From: Lama glama
Lineage: Eukaryota
Assembly: GCA_028534125.1 (NCBI GenBank)
Contig: CM052821.1
Coordinates: 46,562,001 to 46,626,000, forward strand
DNA length: 64,000 nucleotides
Reading direction: 5' to 3'
Shown: one piece after another, positions 23,296 through 35,840 of the stretch
Layout: each line of letters opens with the position of its first letter
Numbering within the stretch: position 1 is the stretch's first letter
Made by a program: the position numbers and the translations under genes
The notes under the pieces: generated by a model
The model's database searches: none
What the model was told of the DNA's origin: nothing
The model's input: only the letters and a program-made list of their open reading frames with translations

Positions 23296-24319
23296 AGGAA
23301 ATGTGTAATACCTCCCTTCGCTCAGACCACCTTGGGAAAGTCCTGAGAGCAGATGCCTGATCATTAACATGAAAAAAATGCGGGCACACCCACGTCTGCA
23401 CAAAGGGAAGAGCTGATGGAGGCAGAGATGCCCAAAGAAGGCTCTGCACACAGAAATCAAGCCAAGTTTCTCAAACAGAAAGTAAATGAGGAATAAAAAG
23501 AAACTGTGACCCCAGGCAAAGCCAAAAATAAAATCTATAATTTGGTTTCTTCGACTCACAGCTGCCGACTCCATAACCGCTATACTCCCTGCGAAGGGCT
23601 CGGAACTCCAAAGGCAGCACGAGAAAGGGGGCTTCGGACCCAATCCACTTCGAGAAGAGTTCTTACTTAGACCCTGTGGGACGCTCCAGACCGCTCAGTT
23701 TGGGTGTCTTCTTCGATGACCACCGGGAGGTGAGGGAGGGGAACAGCCACCTGCCTTAGGACATGGCTGGGTCCCCAGTTGTGTACTAGCGGGTGGCCTT
23801 GTGCCAGCTGAACCCCAGATGAAAAGAGTATTTTAAATTAGCCTTTGGAGGACTCACACAAGAGAGGGTTCTCTTCCCTTTGCGTTTCTTAAATGGCCAT
23901 GAAGACAGAGACAGAGAACAGCCCCTGGGCTGACCCCCTTTCTCGGATAATTGAGGACACACAGTAGGGTGACAACTTCACTTACCACCCAACCTCTCTC
24001 TCTACCGGGATGAATTCGGCACATGCTCCTGTGTGACCCTAAGGAGCCTTATGCCCAAAACTTTCCACCCAGAAGTCTTTGCTTCTGTATCTATCCCCTC
24101 CCCCTAGACCACACCCAGGAGGGCAGGGACCATGGAACACTTCGCAGCCAGCTGTACATCTGTGTGGTTCTGATACCTGGAGCAACCTACTTCTACTTTC
24201 CCCTGGGAGTAAGACTGCAACTTGTTGCCTTAAAAAAAAAAATCTGTTTTTAAATTAACTAAACCAGCCCAGTGCACCCCAGATTCTGTTTTCCAGAGCA
24301 CAGAGAGAGTATGGCCAAG

Positions 24320-24760
24320 TTCAGGCCCCTCTTCTCTGCTCATACTCATTTCCTGGCCAATCCCTGCCAGGCTCATGGCCTTAAACACCACCTACAAGCT
24401 GGTAACTCCCAACCGATTATCTCTCATCCCAGCCTTGCCCTGGGACCCCAGGCTCATGGCCAACTGCATAACCCAGTGTCTTCACTTGGGTATCAAAAAG
24501 GCACCGTTAATTCTCTAAGACTAACGCCAAACTACTAACATCCTCTTCCAAACTGGTTACTCTTGTGACTTTCCCCATTAGGGTAAATCGAAGCCCCCTC
24601 CCCCTTCCTTCCAGTGGCTCAAATGAGAAACAAGATTCACCACTGACTCCGGTCTTTCTGTTGCTCTCCACATCCAGTGTGTTGATCTGGTCTTGAAAAC
24701 ATCCTGATTCTGATCACTGCCCACCACTGGTTCCCTCCGTCATTCCCCCACCCTTTGTAG
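24320..24760 (+). mobile_element. L2 RT-region fragment
   Basis: Translates as HGLKHHLQAGNSQPIIS (cf. HGFKYHLYADDSQIYIS). Confidence 0.7.
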
Positions 24761-24884
24761 GCATGCCCCATTTCCCTTCCCTTTCTTTTCTTAAATGTTT
24801 CTAAATTTCTAAAATGGTCACTATCACTATGAACTTGGCCGAATGTCCACCTTTCTCCTTAGCACTTTTTCTTACTGTTGTAAA

Positions 24885-25160
24885 AAATGTATTCAAGTGA
24901 AATGCAATATACCATAAAATTAACTATTTTAAAGTGAACAATCTGCCATGTTGCACAATCAGCATCTCTACCTAGTTCCAAAACATTTCCATCACTCCAA
25001 ATGAACCCGCCGTCCACTGGGCAGTCTTTCCCCATTCTCTCTTCCCCACAGGCCTTGGTAATGATTGGGCTGGATTTTGTCTCCATAGAGTAACTATTCT
25101 GGGTATTTCATGTAAATGGAATTATATAATATGGGACTTTTCTAGTGTCTGACTTCTTTC
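24885..25160 (-). mobile_element. Old L1 (L1MB-like) 3' end inside L2
   Basis: ataccataaaattaactattttaaagtgaacaat...ttccaaaacatttccatcactcca...tatttcatgtaaatggaattata. Confidence 0.8.
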
Positions 25161-25345
25161 CCTGCCCCTCACTAGAACTTAATTTATGACAACAGTCTTT
25201 GTGTTTTTCACCACTGTATTCCTCGTACCAAAGAGCAGTGCATGGCCAAAAAAAAAAAAAAAAAAAAGCCAGTAGGCAAAAATAAGCGTTTGTTAAATGA
25301 ATGAACGGATGGACAGAGAGAGGAATGAATGAATGAATGAGTCAA
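25161..25345 (+). mobile_element. L2 3' end with poly(A) and (TGAA)n tail
   Basis: cactagaactt...ttcaccactgtattcc...tttgttaaatgaatgaa...aatgaatgaatgaatga. Confidence 0.7.
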
Positions 25346-25914
25346 TGGGCTGTATCCAGAGGGAGAAGGAAGAAGTAAAAGCTGACTCATGCCAGGTTCC
25401 CTGGAGGAGCTGTGAGAGGAGCTCTGGGAGGACCAGACTGCAGCAAACTCGGCTACAGACATGCCTCAGCATGCCGCAGAGTCTCTGAGTCCTGCCTCCC
25501 GGACAGCCAAGGGCCTTATAGATGAACCTGGACCATTTTTGGGACACAGTGCTTACAGAACCTTCAGCAGAAACACATCTTTATGTAGTCACAGATCGGA
25601 CAAGGACAAATAGCTCCTTGAACACTTTCCAGGAACATGGCTACAGCATCACATTGAAATTATCTGTCATATGACATCTCCCCAACTATAAGCTCCTTGA
25701 AGGTGGGAAGAGAGCTGATTCTTCTTTGAATTCTGGCCCCCGGAGCAGTGTTCAGGCTTATGAAGCTTCTCAGGGGTACCAGCTGCCCTGCTCAGAGGGG
25801 GACAAGACTCAGGGCTGCCCTCAAATCCTCTTCCTTACACCTTCAAACCGTGCAATTCCCAGAACCACAGCTTGATCGGTAGTTGGGTGCCTCAGGCAAG
25901 ACCACAGCAAGTCA

Positions 25915-26160
25915 CAAAGAGCAAAGCCTTAGAGAGAGCTTGCCTGGATACAAACCCCACCCAGGGCTGCCACTTCCAAGCTGTGTGACACTGGCTGAAT
26001 TTCCCAGCTGCTCTGTGCTCAGTTTCACCACCTGCAAAATCAGGATGACAGACATGATATCTGCCTCACAGGACTGCTGGGGATTAAATGAGCTGATCCA
26101 TACAAAGCGCTTAGAATAGCGACCAGCACACAGTAGGTGCTTAACGAGGGTTCACTTTCA
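25915..26160 (+). mobile_element. MIR SINE
   Basis: ctgccacttccaagctgtgtgac...ctcagtttcaccacctgcaaaat...gggattaaatgag...aaagcgcttagaatag. Confidence 0.85.
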
Positions 26161-26182
26161 AAATCAGGTCTTAACTTCTCTT

Positions 26183-26430
26183 CTTTTAATTGAAGTACAG
26201 TCAATTTACAATGTTGTTGTTAGTTTCTGGTGTACAGCACAGTGATTCAGCTACACACATACATATAAATTCCTTTTCATATTCTTTTTTATTATAGGCT
26301 ATTACAAGGTACTGAATATAGTTCCCTGTGATATACAGTAGGATCTAGTTGTTTATCTATTTTATATAGTATGTGGTATCTGCAAATCCTGAACTCCTAA
26401 TTTATCCCTCTTGACCCCATTTCCCCTCGG
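26183..26430 (-). mobile_element. L1 3' end
   Basis: ttttaattgaagtacagtcaatttacaatgttg...gaatatagttccctgtgatatacagtagg...aatttatccctc. Confidence 0.9.
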
Positions 26431-26989
26431 TCCTCCATATCCTCATTTGGAAAAAGAAGGATGAAGCCTTGTTGGAGTGCTGGGAGAAGTCAGCAAGAGA
26501 ATATATGCAGCCCCTCCCCACCCATCCTAAAGGTGCTTGACACAAACAAGTGGGGCTAATCCAGATAATGAGCCTTCTTCAGTCGTGTATAAATTTAATC
26601 AACCATGATTTGTTGAGTGTTTATAAACTGCGAGGGAGGCACTTTGCACAACTCTGAGACTGAAAACATAAACAAGACCCAGAATTCCCCTATCCTGGGG
26701 ATTCTTAAGATCTGACATGAGAGATGGACGGAGTCCACTGGGGGAAACGTGCACTGGGATGATACTCCTTCGAGGATGCAGCAAAAGGAGTCAGCACACT
26801 CTCCACCCTGCCTGGGACACCCCTCCAAACCCGACACTCGCTTTCATCCAATCTCCTCCTTCTGATCGTGGAACTCAGCAAGTCTTTCCTTAACTCCACC
26901 CACCTACCCAAGGTATGAAAAAGATTATGTCCTGTGCCTCATGCCTTCCTAGCCCCCTGCACCATCCAACGTGGCATCCAATGTGCAAT

Positions 26990-27130
26990 CATATGATTAG
27001 TTCCCATCCCCCCAGCCTAGCAGTGAGCCCAGAGACCATGTGTTTTAACAGGACTGATTCCCAAAGGTGTAACACATCTCCTGACACCTAGGAGGCTGTC
27101 AGTAAATATATATCGACTGGATGAATAGAC
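26990..27130 (+). mobile_element. L2 3' end
   Basis: agagaccatgtg...cctgacacctaggaggctgtcagtaaatat...ggatgaat. Confidence 0.6.
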
Positions 27131-27199
27131 AGGCAGACAAATGGACAGACAGATAGCCAGACTGAAATCCCAGTGAGGCATGGACATTTCTCTCTAAAC

Positions 27200-27655
27200 C
27201 AGCCCTGCCCAATAGAAAGATAATGCTAGCCACATATGTAATTTTCAACTTTCTTGTAGCCATATTTAAAAAAAAGACAGGTGAAATTAATTTTAATAGT
27301 ATATCTTTTTTAACCCAACAGGTCCAACATATTACCATTTCAACATGTAACCAATATAAAAATAATTGATGAGATCATTTACATTCTGGTTTTTTTCATC
27401 CTAAATATTCAAAATCGGATGTATATTTGACACTAAGTACATTTCAATTTGGATGCTAAATTTTCAATGATTAAAGTAAGTGGAATCCTTCTAAAAATAA
27501 TAAACTTGTGTGGAAAGGAAAAACATTTCACACTCCTCCAGGTTTAAAATTTAAATTATTAAGATTAAGTGAAACTTGAAGATCCGGCCACATGAGCCAC
27601 ATTTCAGGCGCTCAACAGTCACAGGGTGGGGTGGCTACTGCCTGGCAAAGCACAG
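27200..27655 (+). mobile_element. MER33/Charlie5-derived MITE (long variant)
   Basis: ccaatagaaagataatgctagccacatatgtaattttcaactttcttgtagccata...gagccacatttcaggcgctcaacagtcac...gtggctac. Confidence 0.8.
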
Positions 27656-27739
27656 AAACAAACCACAACAGTCATCACCCGAAAAACTGAGACCTTTCAT
27701 GCTGAATGAGATCTAGCGCAAGGGAGACAGGGACATTCA

Positions 27740-27930
27740 CTGTGACACGACGACAGTTGCCTTCTGACCCATCATCTCATGGAATCCTTCGCCATCCTGT
27801 AAGAGGCATTGCTGCTCTCATGGCACAGAAGGAGAAACTGGGGTCGAGAGCGGTTACGTCTGTTGACCAAGCTGGTCAGTGGCAAGCAGGGTTTGAACCA
27901 CGGACTGGTTAAATCCCACATCTGTGTCCT
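27740..27930 (-). mobile_element. MIR SINE
   Basis: atctcatggaatccttc...acagaaggagaaactggggtcgagagcggtta...gggtttgaacca. Confidence 0.7.
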
Positions 27931-28059
27931 TCGCCAGGGTACTCCTGAGCTTCAGACGAAGGGAATGAAATCTGTCTATGGACGTCTAGAACCCAACTAC
28001 ACGAGACATATGCGTGTACCAATATTCCCTGGTCTGGTGGACCAGAGTCTGGTCGCAAG

Positions 28060-28385
28060 TATCAGTCCTCAGGCTCTGAGCACATCAGGTCAGAACTTCT
28101 CTGCCCAGTCATGGTTACGAGACTTCCTCTGGCCAATGAAATTAGAGCACAAGTGATGGAGAGGAAGCCTTCAGAACCAGCTGTGTGTCTTCCTTTCTCT
28201 GCTAGAATGACCAGAAATGGTCCTGATGGGGTGGCCTCACCATCTTGGATCCCATGGTGAAAACAGCACAGAGCTGAGACATAGGTGACCCACCCTGGAC
28301 AGACACGTGGTTTGGGGGGACAACTCTGATCACCGCAAGTCTCTGAGCTTTGTTACCCATCATAATGTAGCCTCCTGACATGCTC
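28060..28385 (+). mobile_element. MLT1J-like MaLR LTR
   Basis: gacttcctctggccaatgaaattagagcacaagtga...catcttggatccc...ttgttacccatcataa. Confidence 0.6.
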
Positions 28386-29039
28386 ATGGTTAACTTGAGA
28401 GTGGAAGATGGGTAGATCTGGTGTTCCAAAAAAAGTGGGGAACTCTGGAGCTCTTCCTTATTTTAACTGCCGGAAACCTGCAGGCTGCTCCTCCCCGAAG
28501 TCAGCCAAAGGGCTATTACACCACCAGCTGTGGTGGGGTCTGCTTTCATTCCTACTGGCATTACTGTATTTCTCACAAATAGCTCATTAAGGCAATTATC
28601 AGTCATTAGCACAGTAGCCTGAGCATCAGCTCAATCACACACATTAATAAAACACAATTTAGCAGAGCCAGTAAAGGCATGAACAGACCAGGCTCCCTTG
28701 TGGGGCACTCCCGGCTTGAGCTGAAGAGAATTTCCACTACACGAAAGCAATGCCCTCCCCAGAAGTGTGCCGCTCTCAGCAGCTTCTCAGTCACCGTCTG
28801 CACGCAGTTCGGCTCAACCAACAAAACCTGAAGCCTTGGAGGATAAGGAGGCGCCGGACAGGCAGAAAATGTTAATCCGCTTTCCAATTAAAAAAAGAAT
28901 TCCCAAATCTTGGAAACATGGAAGACGGTCAGCTTTAGAGAGTGGGAAAGTTGAGATTTGGTATAGAGAGGCAGGGCCCAGGGCAAGAAGGCTGGAGCCC
29001 ACCTGGGAAAAGCTTTATACATCATATTAGGCTGTTCAG

Positions 29040-29420
29040 GACTTGTCTGGAGGCAACAAGGGATCCTTAAGGAGGCTTAAGCAGGGACTGCCATGAGCTT
29101 CTCTGGGCTTTCGAGAAACCACCATGGCAGCACGAGAATGATGGATTAAGAGACAAAGGGGGGAGGAACCAGGCCAGGGATGATGGGAACCCCACCCAGG
29201 GCCGTGACAGATGGAGGTGGAAAATCCTGCGGGAGGCATCAGGAGGGAATGGACTAACTGCAGCTTAGCGCTCAACTGGATGACCTAAGAGAGAGGGAGC
29301 AAGGAGAGGGGAAATTGGAGAGAGAGAGAAAGTTTCTAGGGATGACTCTGGGATGTCAACCTTGAGGACATGATGATGCCATGAAAAGAGACCTTTAGAC
29401 ATTGTTTTGATAGGTTTAAT
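29040..29420 (-). mobile_element. L2 fragment
   Basis: ggcttaagcagggactgccatga...agggatgactctgggatgtcaacc...tgatgatgcca. Confidence 0.55.
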
Positions 29421-30059
29421 CTGGATGGGCCCATGCAGAAAACAACTAACAGATGGAAATACTGACATAGAAAACTCATTTCTTTTCTTACTCAAGGGCA
29501 CTTAATGTCTAGGGCTGGTCCCTGAGGTCAAGACCATGCTAAGTTCCAACAGACTCTGAAATGTACCGAGAATTGTGTCTGCCCTACTCTGCCTTCCAAT
29601 GGTTCCAACAGAGCAGCTTACCTGCCCATAGCTTATGACAGGCAGTTTCGTCTTGAACAAGGCTCTTTTAGGCATTATTGTCTTTTCTTTGTCATCACTC
29701 CCCCCAGATGCGTGCCCAAGTGAGGCTCTGCACACCATAATGCCATTTCCATCAACTCAAGTCTCCAAGGAAAACCGGGATTCAAACCAGAGCCTCCCAG
29801 TGTGCACCGGGTGAGCTTTCATTGCTAAGACCTCGCTCAATCACACGCTCCTCTCTGATCCGCCGGGTCAGGGTGCAGACAGTGCACGCCTTGCCGGGCT
29901 GTCCTGTCCATCTGTCAGACCCTCTGAGATGCCCCTCTGGGGATGCCAGTCCACGGCTGAGTCTCCCTTCGTGTAGAGCAGTTTGCTCCAGAAGCACAGT
30001 CAAGCCTCAACAGCTGTCTGGGCCAACAGCACAACACGGATCACCACGCTTCTTCCCAG

Positions 30060-30210
30060 CCTGTTCACTCACCCAACAAACATGGCTGAGGCCTGACAGC
30101 ATGCCAGACCTCGTGCTGGACAGGGAGGCATAGAGATGAAAAGAAAACCATCTGTCCTTCAAGGAGTTCACAACTTCCTCCAGCGGACAAAGAAAGAAAA
30201 AGACAAATAA
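30060..30210 (-). mobile_element. L2 3' end
   Basis: ttcactcacccaacaaacat...atgccagacctcgtgctgg...tgtccttcaaggagttcaca. Confidence 0.7.
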
Positions 30211-30325
30211 AATGCAGGTGTATTTACCGTGAGACTGGCTCTGCTGGCTTTCTGGTTTTCCCATTGGGTGATGCTGAGTTAGTATGTAAATGCAGGCTGT
30301 CAGTTTAACGTTGGCTTCAGTGGTT

Positions 30326-30654
30326 GTCTTAGTGGCTTCGGGCAGCTCTAGCAAAGCACCGTGGACGGGGTGGCTTATAACAACAGCAGTTTGTTTCTCG
30401 TGGTTCTGGAGGCTGGGAAATCCAAGATCAGGGTGCCAGCACGGTCAGGTTCTGCTGAGAGCCCTGCCCCAGGCTGCAGCCTGACAACTATATCCTCACA
30501 TGGTGAAATGCAGGTGGTGGCGACTCTTATAAGGGCACTAATCCCATTCGTGGGAGCTCCACCCTCATGCCCTCATTTAATCATAACCACCTCCCAAAGG
30601 CCCTACCTCCTAATAGTGATGACTTTGGGGAGAGACACACAGACAGTCTATTGC
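30326..30654 (-). mobile_element. MLT1A-like MaLR solo LTR
   Basis: tgtcttagt...gggtggcttataacaacag...gttctggaggctgggaaatccaagatcagggtgccagca...ttataagggcactaatcccatt...acctcccaaaggccc. Confidence 0.88.
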
Positions 30655-31299
30655 AGTGGTGTTATTAGAAACATCCACTGCATTCAGAAGTGTCATTCTT
30701 AGAAGCAACAAACTGTCCCAGGTAAGGATGTCAAGCTTGTAGTAACAGAGCAGCATCACACAGATTCTTTTGTTTATCTTCTGACAGTCAAGTGTTCCAG
30801 GGCCAGAAAGAGAACAGGGTGCCAATACTGCCCCCTACCACCACCACACACATCTTAGTGGAAGCCAGATGTGTCTAGCTTGTGAGATCCCCTCTGCCTA
30901 ACAGAGCAGGGCATGCTTGAACAGGTCTGAGAATGGTGAGCACTCATCTTCAAAAGTGATGATGCGCTGCTGGTCCCACCTGGCTACAGCCAATGAGAAA
31001 CCACCCTCCACTTCCGCCCAACCTCAGCTCCCAGCTCCAGATGACAAAGCACTGCCTCGGGATGTTCCATCTTTTCTGCTCAAAGATGTCATGGTGAAAT
31101 GCATTTTCACTATGAACACAGGAATCCCTGAACACCATCCTCTGCCCCATCTTGATGGGTATCCCCAGGTTTCCTTAACTCTCTTGCATTCTGCAATGCT
31201 CTCAAACTTCAAACCCCTTATAGGAAAATCTTTGGATTCAAACAAATGTCACATCATAGCAACTCCATGAACACTGAACAGATATACAGAGAGGGAAGT

Positions 31300-31510
31300 G
31301 ATTATTTACTGAGTGTTTAAATCATGCGAGAGATACTTCACACACTTGCAACAAGCCTGAAAGATAATTATTTTTCCCCATTTTAAGTTAAAAATGAAAA
31401 AGACCATTGTTGAGGTTTAAGTTAATGACCATAATGTGGGCTGGGAAAGAAAATATGTCAGGGGCCAACATTCTATGTCTGGTCTATCTGACCTCCAAAA
31501 TTAACATTCC
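31300..31510 (-). mobile_element. MIR SINE
   Basis: tatttactgagtg...ttcccccattttaag...aggtttaagttaatgacc...tctgacctccaa. Confidence 0.55.
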
Positions 31511-31658
31511 CTCCGTTACTCTCACTCAGTCATCTCAAATCCAGAATGCTCTCCTGGAAAGGCTAGACTGGTGGATGGTCACCGTCCTCTAAGTGCCTCA
31601 GCCTGACCTCACCCACCACGATCTGCCCCTGGAGCTAAGGCACTGAGTGTGTGTCAGG
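31450..31658 (+). repeat. Local direct duplication, copy 1
   Basis: Aligns with 33678-33890; identical core tccagaatgctctcctggaaaggctagactg at 31540-31570. Confidence 0.85.
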
Positions 31659-31726
31659 CCAGCAGATGACCCTTTTCCAGTATCTCCAACACAGCACCTG
31701 GTTCTTGACATGCCCATGACAATGAC

Positions 31727-32115
31727 TGTGATGGTTAGCTTTATGTGTCAACTTGGCCTAAAGTCCCCAGTTACTAAGCAAATACTAGTCTGAGTTATTT
31801 TGTAGATGTGGGTAACATCTACAGTCAGATACTTTAAGTAAAGCAGAGGATCCTCAATAACGTGAGTGGGCCTCGTCCAATCAGTTGAAGGCCTTCAGAG
31901 CAAAACCTGAGGTCTCCCAGGGAAGACGTTCTGCTTCCACAAGGCACTACCTCCTGCCTGAGGTTCCAGCCTGCCACACATTTCAGACTTGCCAGCCCCA
32001 ACAGTCACGTGAGCCAATTCCTGAAAGTAAAGCCTTTAGGAATATGTATATTCCTCTCTCTATATATCCATATCTCCCACTGGTCCTATTTCTCTGGAGA
32101 ACACCGAATGATACA
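31727..32115 (+). mobile_element. MLT2 (ERVL, MLT2D-like) solo LTR
   Basis: TG...CA termini; tgtgatggttagctttatgtgtcaacttgg...ccaatcagttgaaggcctt...tctctggagaacacc; perfect 5-bp TSD atgac at 31722-31726 and 32116-32120. Confidence 0.93.
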
Positions 32116-33525
32116 ATGACCAACCCACGCATAACGTTGCATATAACCTCTTCACCTGCGGAAGACTGCCTTCCCCACAAACAAGGAAACTGCAGCTCCC
32201 TGCAGCTAAATAATGTGTCCAAGGAACACACAGACGTTAAAAGACAGGACCAAGATTTAGACTCAGACATTTACTCTCAAAATGGTATGCTGCTTCCCCC
32301 AAGACACATGGTCCCCCACAAAGTCACCGGAATCCCTAATGGGAATGCCAAGGAAAGGAGATTTAGTGGTTTGCCACTGGTTACACGTTGAGCACAGCCC
32401 GAGGAAGATGGGCGCCCACAGCCCAGCCAAAGGGGTGCCTCTCCGTCTGGGTGGGGAAGGTGCAGGCTGGCAGCTGGAGTCTGACATGTTCAGCTTCTCC
32501 CAGGACAGTAAGGAGACCGGGAGGGCACTGAGGAAGGGGCTAGCAGAGCTGAGGGTTTCCCTCGGTCCTTTTCCCCTTGGCTAAGCCCTCGGCCCCCCTC
32601 GCCTGCTCCCATATCAAGCTGTCCAGCTATTCAACACAAATGCCAAACTCACTGTTCTTCATTCACTCACAGGAATTCTTCATGTAAACCCCACCAGCGG
32701 GCACAGTAATTGCTCTGTGAACGCTGCCCGTTTTCCAATTTTGTTCCTTTCCTGATGCTGGGAGAATCTGCCATCAGAGAAAAGCCCTGCGTGGCCTTCG
32801 TCTGGTCCACAACAAGTGGGTGAGCGATTGGCTTTTTACAGTGGCTTCTACATCCGCAAAATAGAGCTGTTGGCATCCAAGACCGAATCTTGGGGATGGA
32901 ACAATGTACACAGTGCAGGCACCTGTCTGCCATCCCAACCCCAGGGCCCACACACTTGTGGCTGCAACTTCAGGGAAGAGACTGGCTGACCCTGAAAAAT
33001 GGAGCCTTGACACAGAGTTGCAGCAAGGATCTGAGCTCTTTCTCTGCCTTTCCCACAAGGGACGGCGCTGGAAGGTGTGTGTGTTCACATCCCCAAGGAT
33101 GCAAGTTCTGCATCCGCAGAGGACAGGGAGGGTTTGCCGTGAGAGGAAAACCGTGGAGAGAGGTGCTTCAGAAGGAAGGAATCCAGCTTCTGAACCATGT
33201 GTAGATCATAAGCACTTCTTATGAGACTATCAGCCGCTCATCACCTCCCAAAAAACAGGCAACCCTCCTGAGCCCAATTATCTCCAACTTTTCCTCTTTC
33301 GTATTCAGTTTTCTCATTAAATGAGCACACAAAGGCATGGTCTGGCGTTTGGTTGCCGGCACAAATACAAAGTGTTTTAAGAGATGGAAACTCAAGACCT
33401 GGCTCAGGGAGCGCCCCTCTGTGGCCTGGGTAGGAAAGAGATGAGAAGTGAAAAATCTAGGAACCTTGCAGGGCAGCATCTGGAATTTCATGTGTGGTTT
33501 AAGCCACAAGAGGTAGTTTGGCTTT

Positions 33526-33680
33526 GATAGACATGATAGATAGACAGACAGACAGGTTGGATGGATGGGTGGACAGACGGATAGACAACAATTAGACAGA
33601 CAGACAGGTACGTAAGTAGATAGATAGACAGATAGATATCTAGGTAGATAGATAGACAGATACACAGACATACAGAGAGA
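33526..33680. repeat. Compound (GATA)/(GACA)/(GGAT) microsatellite
   Basis: gatagacatgatagatagacagacagacag...gatagatagacaga. Confidence 0.9.
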
Positions 33681-33890
33681 TATGTTGAGGGCCAAGATAC
33701 TAAGTGGTCTGTCTGACTTCCAAAATAAATATCCCCTCCATGACTCACTCAATCATCTCAAATTCCAGAATGCTCTCCTGGAAAGGCTAGACTGATGGAC
33801 TGTCACCCTCCTCTGAGTGTCTCAATCATTCATGTCATCCTCCTCAACCTGACCTCAACCTGGAGCTAAGACACTGGGTGGATGTCAGAT
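33678..33890 (+). repeat. Local direct duplication, copy 2
   Basis: Identical core at 33764-33794; flanks also align to copy 1 with indels. Confidence 0.85.
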
Positions 33891-34904
33891 GTGTGTCCGT
33901 GTGTGTACACACACATGCATACACACACATACACACACAGCGTCAAATATACACACTGGCGGCTCAGAAGTTCCCCCTCTGCCAGCCACACAAGCGTCCT
34001 GGCACCCGCCTGCAGCCCTGCCTCCCAGCTGACGCTGTGCAAGGGCATGCCCACCACCGGCCTTTGCAGGTGCTAATACTTCTGCCTGGAATACACGTGT
34101 AGACACACCCTCGCGTCTAAAGTACTTGTATATCAGATACTCTTGTGAGTCCTTTGCACATAGAAATTCATTGATTGCTCAAAACAGCCCAACTGTCAGG
34201 CCATGATGGCAGTCTTGCCATCTCCATCTCACAGCCACAGAGAGTATGAATACCTTGCCCAAGGTCTACCGGCCAGAAAGGGCTGGTGGGCTCCAGACTT
34301 TCAAGCCCCTGACCCCTGCGCTGGCCCACATCTCAGACTCCTTGTGGTGGGCTCCCCAGCTGCCTCCTCCCTCTCCTTCAACCAGAGCTGAGGAGCTTTA
34401 TGTCACTCAACTCTCTGGAGGGCGGAGACCCTTGGGGCAGATCCCACAGCTTCCATGGCTGGGCACCCAGCGTGGCACCCACCAAACCCAACTCCGAAGC
34501 ACCAGAAGCGCTTCCGAGTGGTCCCAGGGTCACCAGATCCACAGAGAGAAAGATCACAGGAGGGTAAGAGCGAAAACAGAGAGGACGGAGCTGCTGGAGC
34601 CGGGCATGGCTTCAGAGTCGACTTGGCGGTGGGGGGAGTGGGGGGCAGGACAATTCGGCTGGCTGAACAGCCACCTAATAAATCCACCCTCCCCTCACAG
34701 CCAGGCTCCTCCATGGATCAGCAGTCAGCGGCACACCTTCTATTGGCAAAATGCTTCACCATCATTTTTATTAGTCATGCCTTACAGCTTCCCACTGGGT
34801 CAATACTATTGAGGGGCCAGTGGTAAGGCAGGACAAAATCATTATCCACGTCTGACGGAGGCAGAAGCTGAAGGAGGTGGGGGAGGGGAGGAGGGAGGGG
34901 GGAA

Positions 34905-35030
34905 CAGGACGGGGACACCATGGTGTAGTGGGTGGGAACAGGGCTTCACAGCTTTAGACTCCAGCTCCACAACCAACCTGACCTTGGACAGTTCCGCACC
35001 TATAAAAATGGGGATATTTCTATATCTACT
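34905..35030 (+). mobile_element. MIR 5' fragment
   Basis: catggtgtagtgg...tgaccttggac...ctataaaaatggggata. Confidence 0.55.
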
Positions 35031-35559
35031 CATACGAGCACAGATATCAGTATCTCTCCATGCTACAAGGGCCCTTCATAATAGCTGAATAAATGGCATT
35101 TCCCCTCCTACTCAAGGTGGGGCACAGGGACCGAGGGCTCAGGATTCCAACCTAGGGATTCCAAGGCTCAGTCAATGCAGGGTGCAGGGTCAGAGTGTAG
35201 TTTTCAAGATTTGTCCATGTGTAGGGACTAACAGCCCTCATATGGACAGGGCATTTTAATGCAAAAAGTGAGAGGTGGTCTTTTAGTTGAAAAAAATACA
35301 GGTGGTATATTTGGGTGCACTCATTCATTCATAATATTTACTGAGCTTCTACTATATGCCAGATACTAATTAAAAAAAATGGTGGGGGGGTGCATTAATG
35401 TTTCTTACGTGTCTCTCAATATCTACCCACATCATCTTCCAGAGTTTTGAGACGTCCGCCCACTGCAGCCTCTTCCATTTCCTGTTCTACACAGGCTGGA
35501 TCGAGCCTCTGCCCACACATTAGATGTTGGTCCCTCAGAGTCACGAGGCGGCTCCTCCT

Positions 35560-35840
35560 GCCTCCTCCGAGAGAAGCCTGTCACCCCCTAGAGAGGCCTG
35601 CCCAGACCTTGCCCTACAGCGTGCCCCCCACAAGTCCCTCTCCACCACACTCCTGAATGCAGTGTATTCCAGGCACAGATTAAGACCTGACATCGTCTTT
35701 ATTTGTTCACTCGTTGACGGGTTGCCAAACCAACGGGGATGTATACTCCACGGGGACAAAGATCCTGTCAACTCATTCATGGCTGTCTCTCCAGAGCCTG
35801 ATAAACTATAGGTGTTTGGTAAATATTTTCTGAATGAATA
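35560..35840 (+). mobile_element. L2 3' part
   Basis: agagaggcctgcccagacc...tttatttgttcact...ctccacggggacaaaga...gtaaatattttctgaatgaataa. Confidence 0.7.

Noticed and set aside
31801-31823. Hairpin tgtagatgt...acatctaca
   Set aside because: Internal feature of the MLT2 LTR rather than an independent element.
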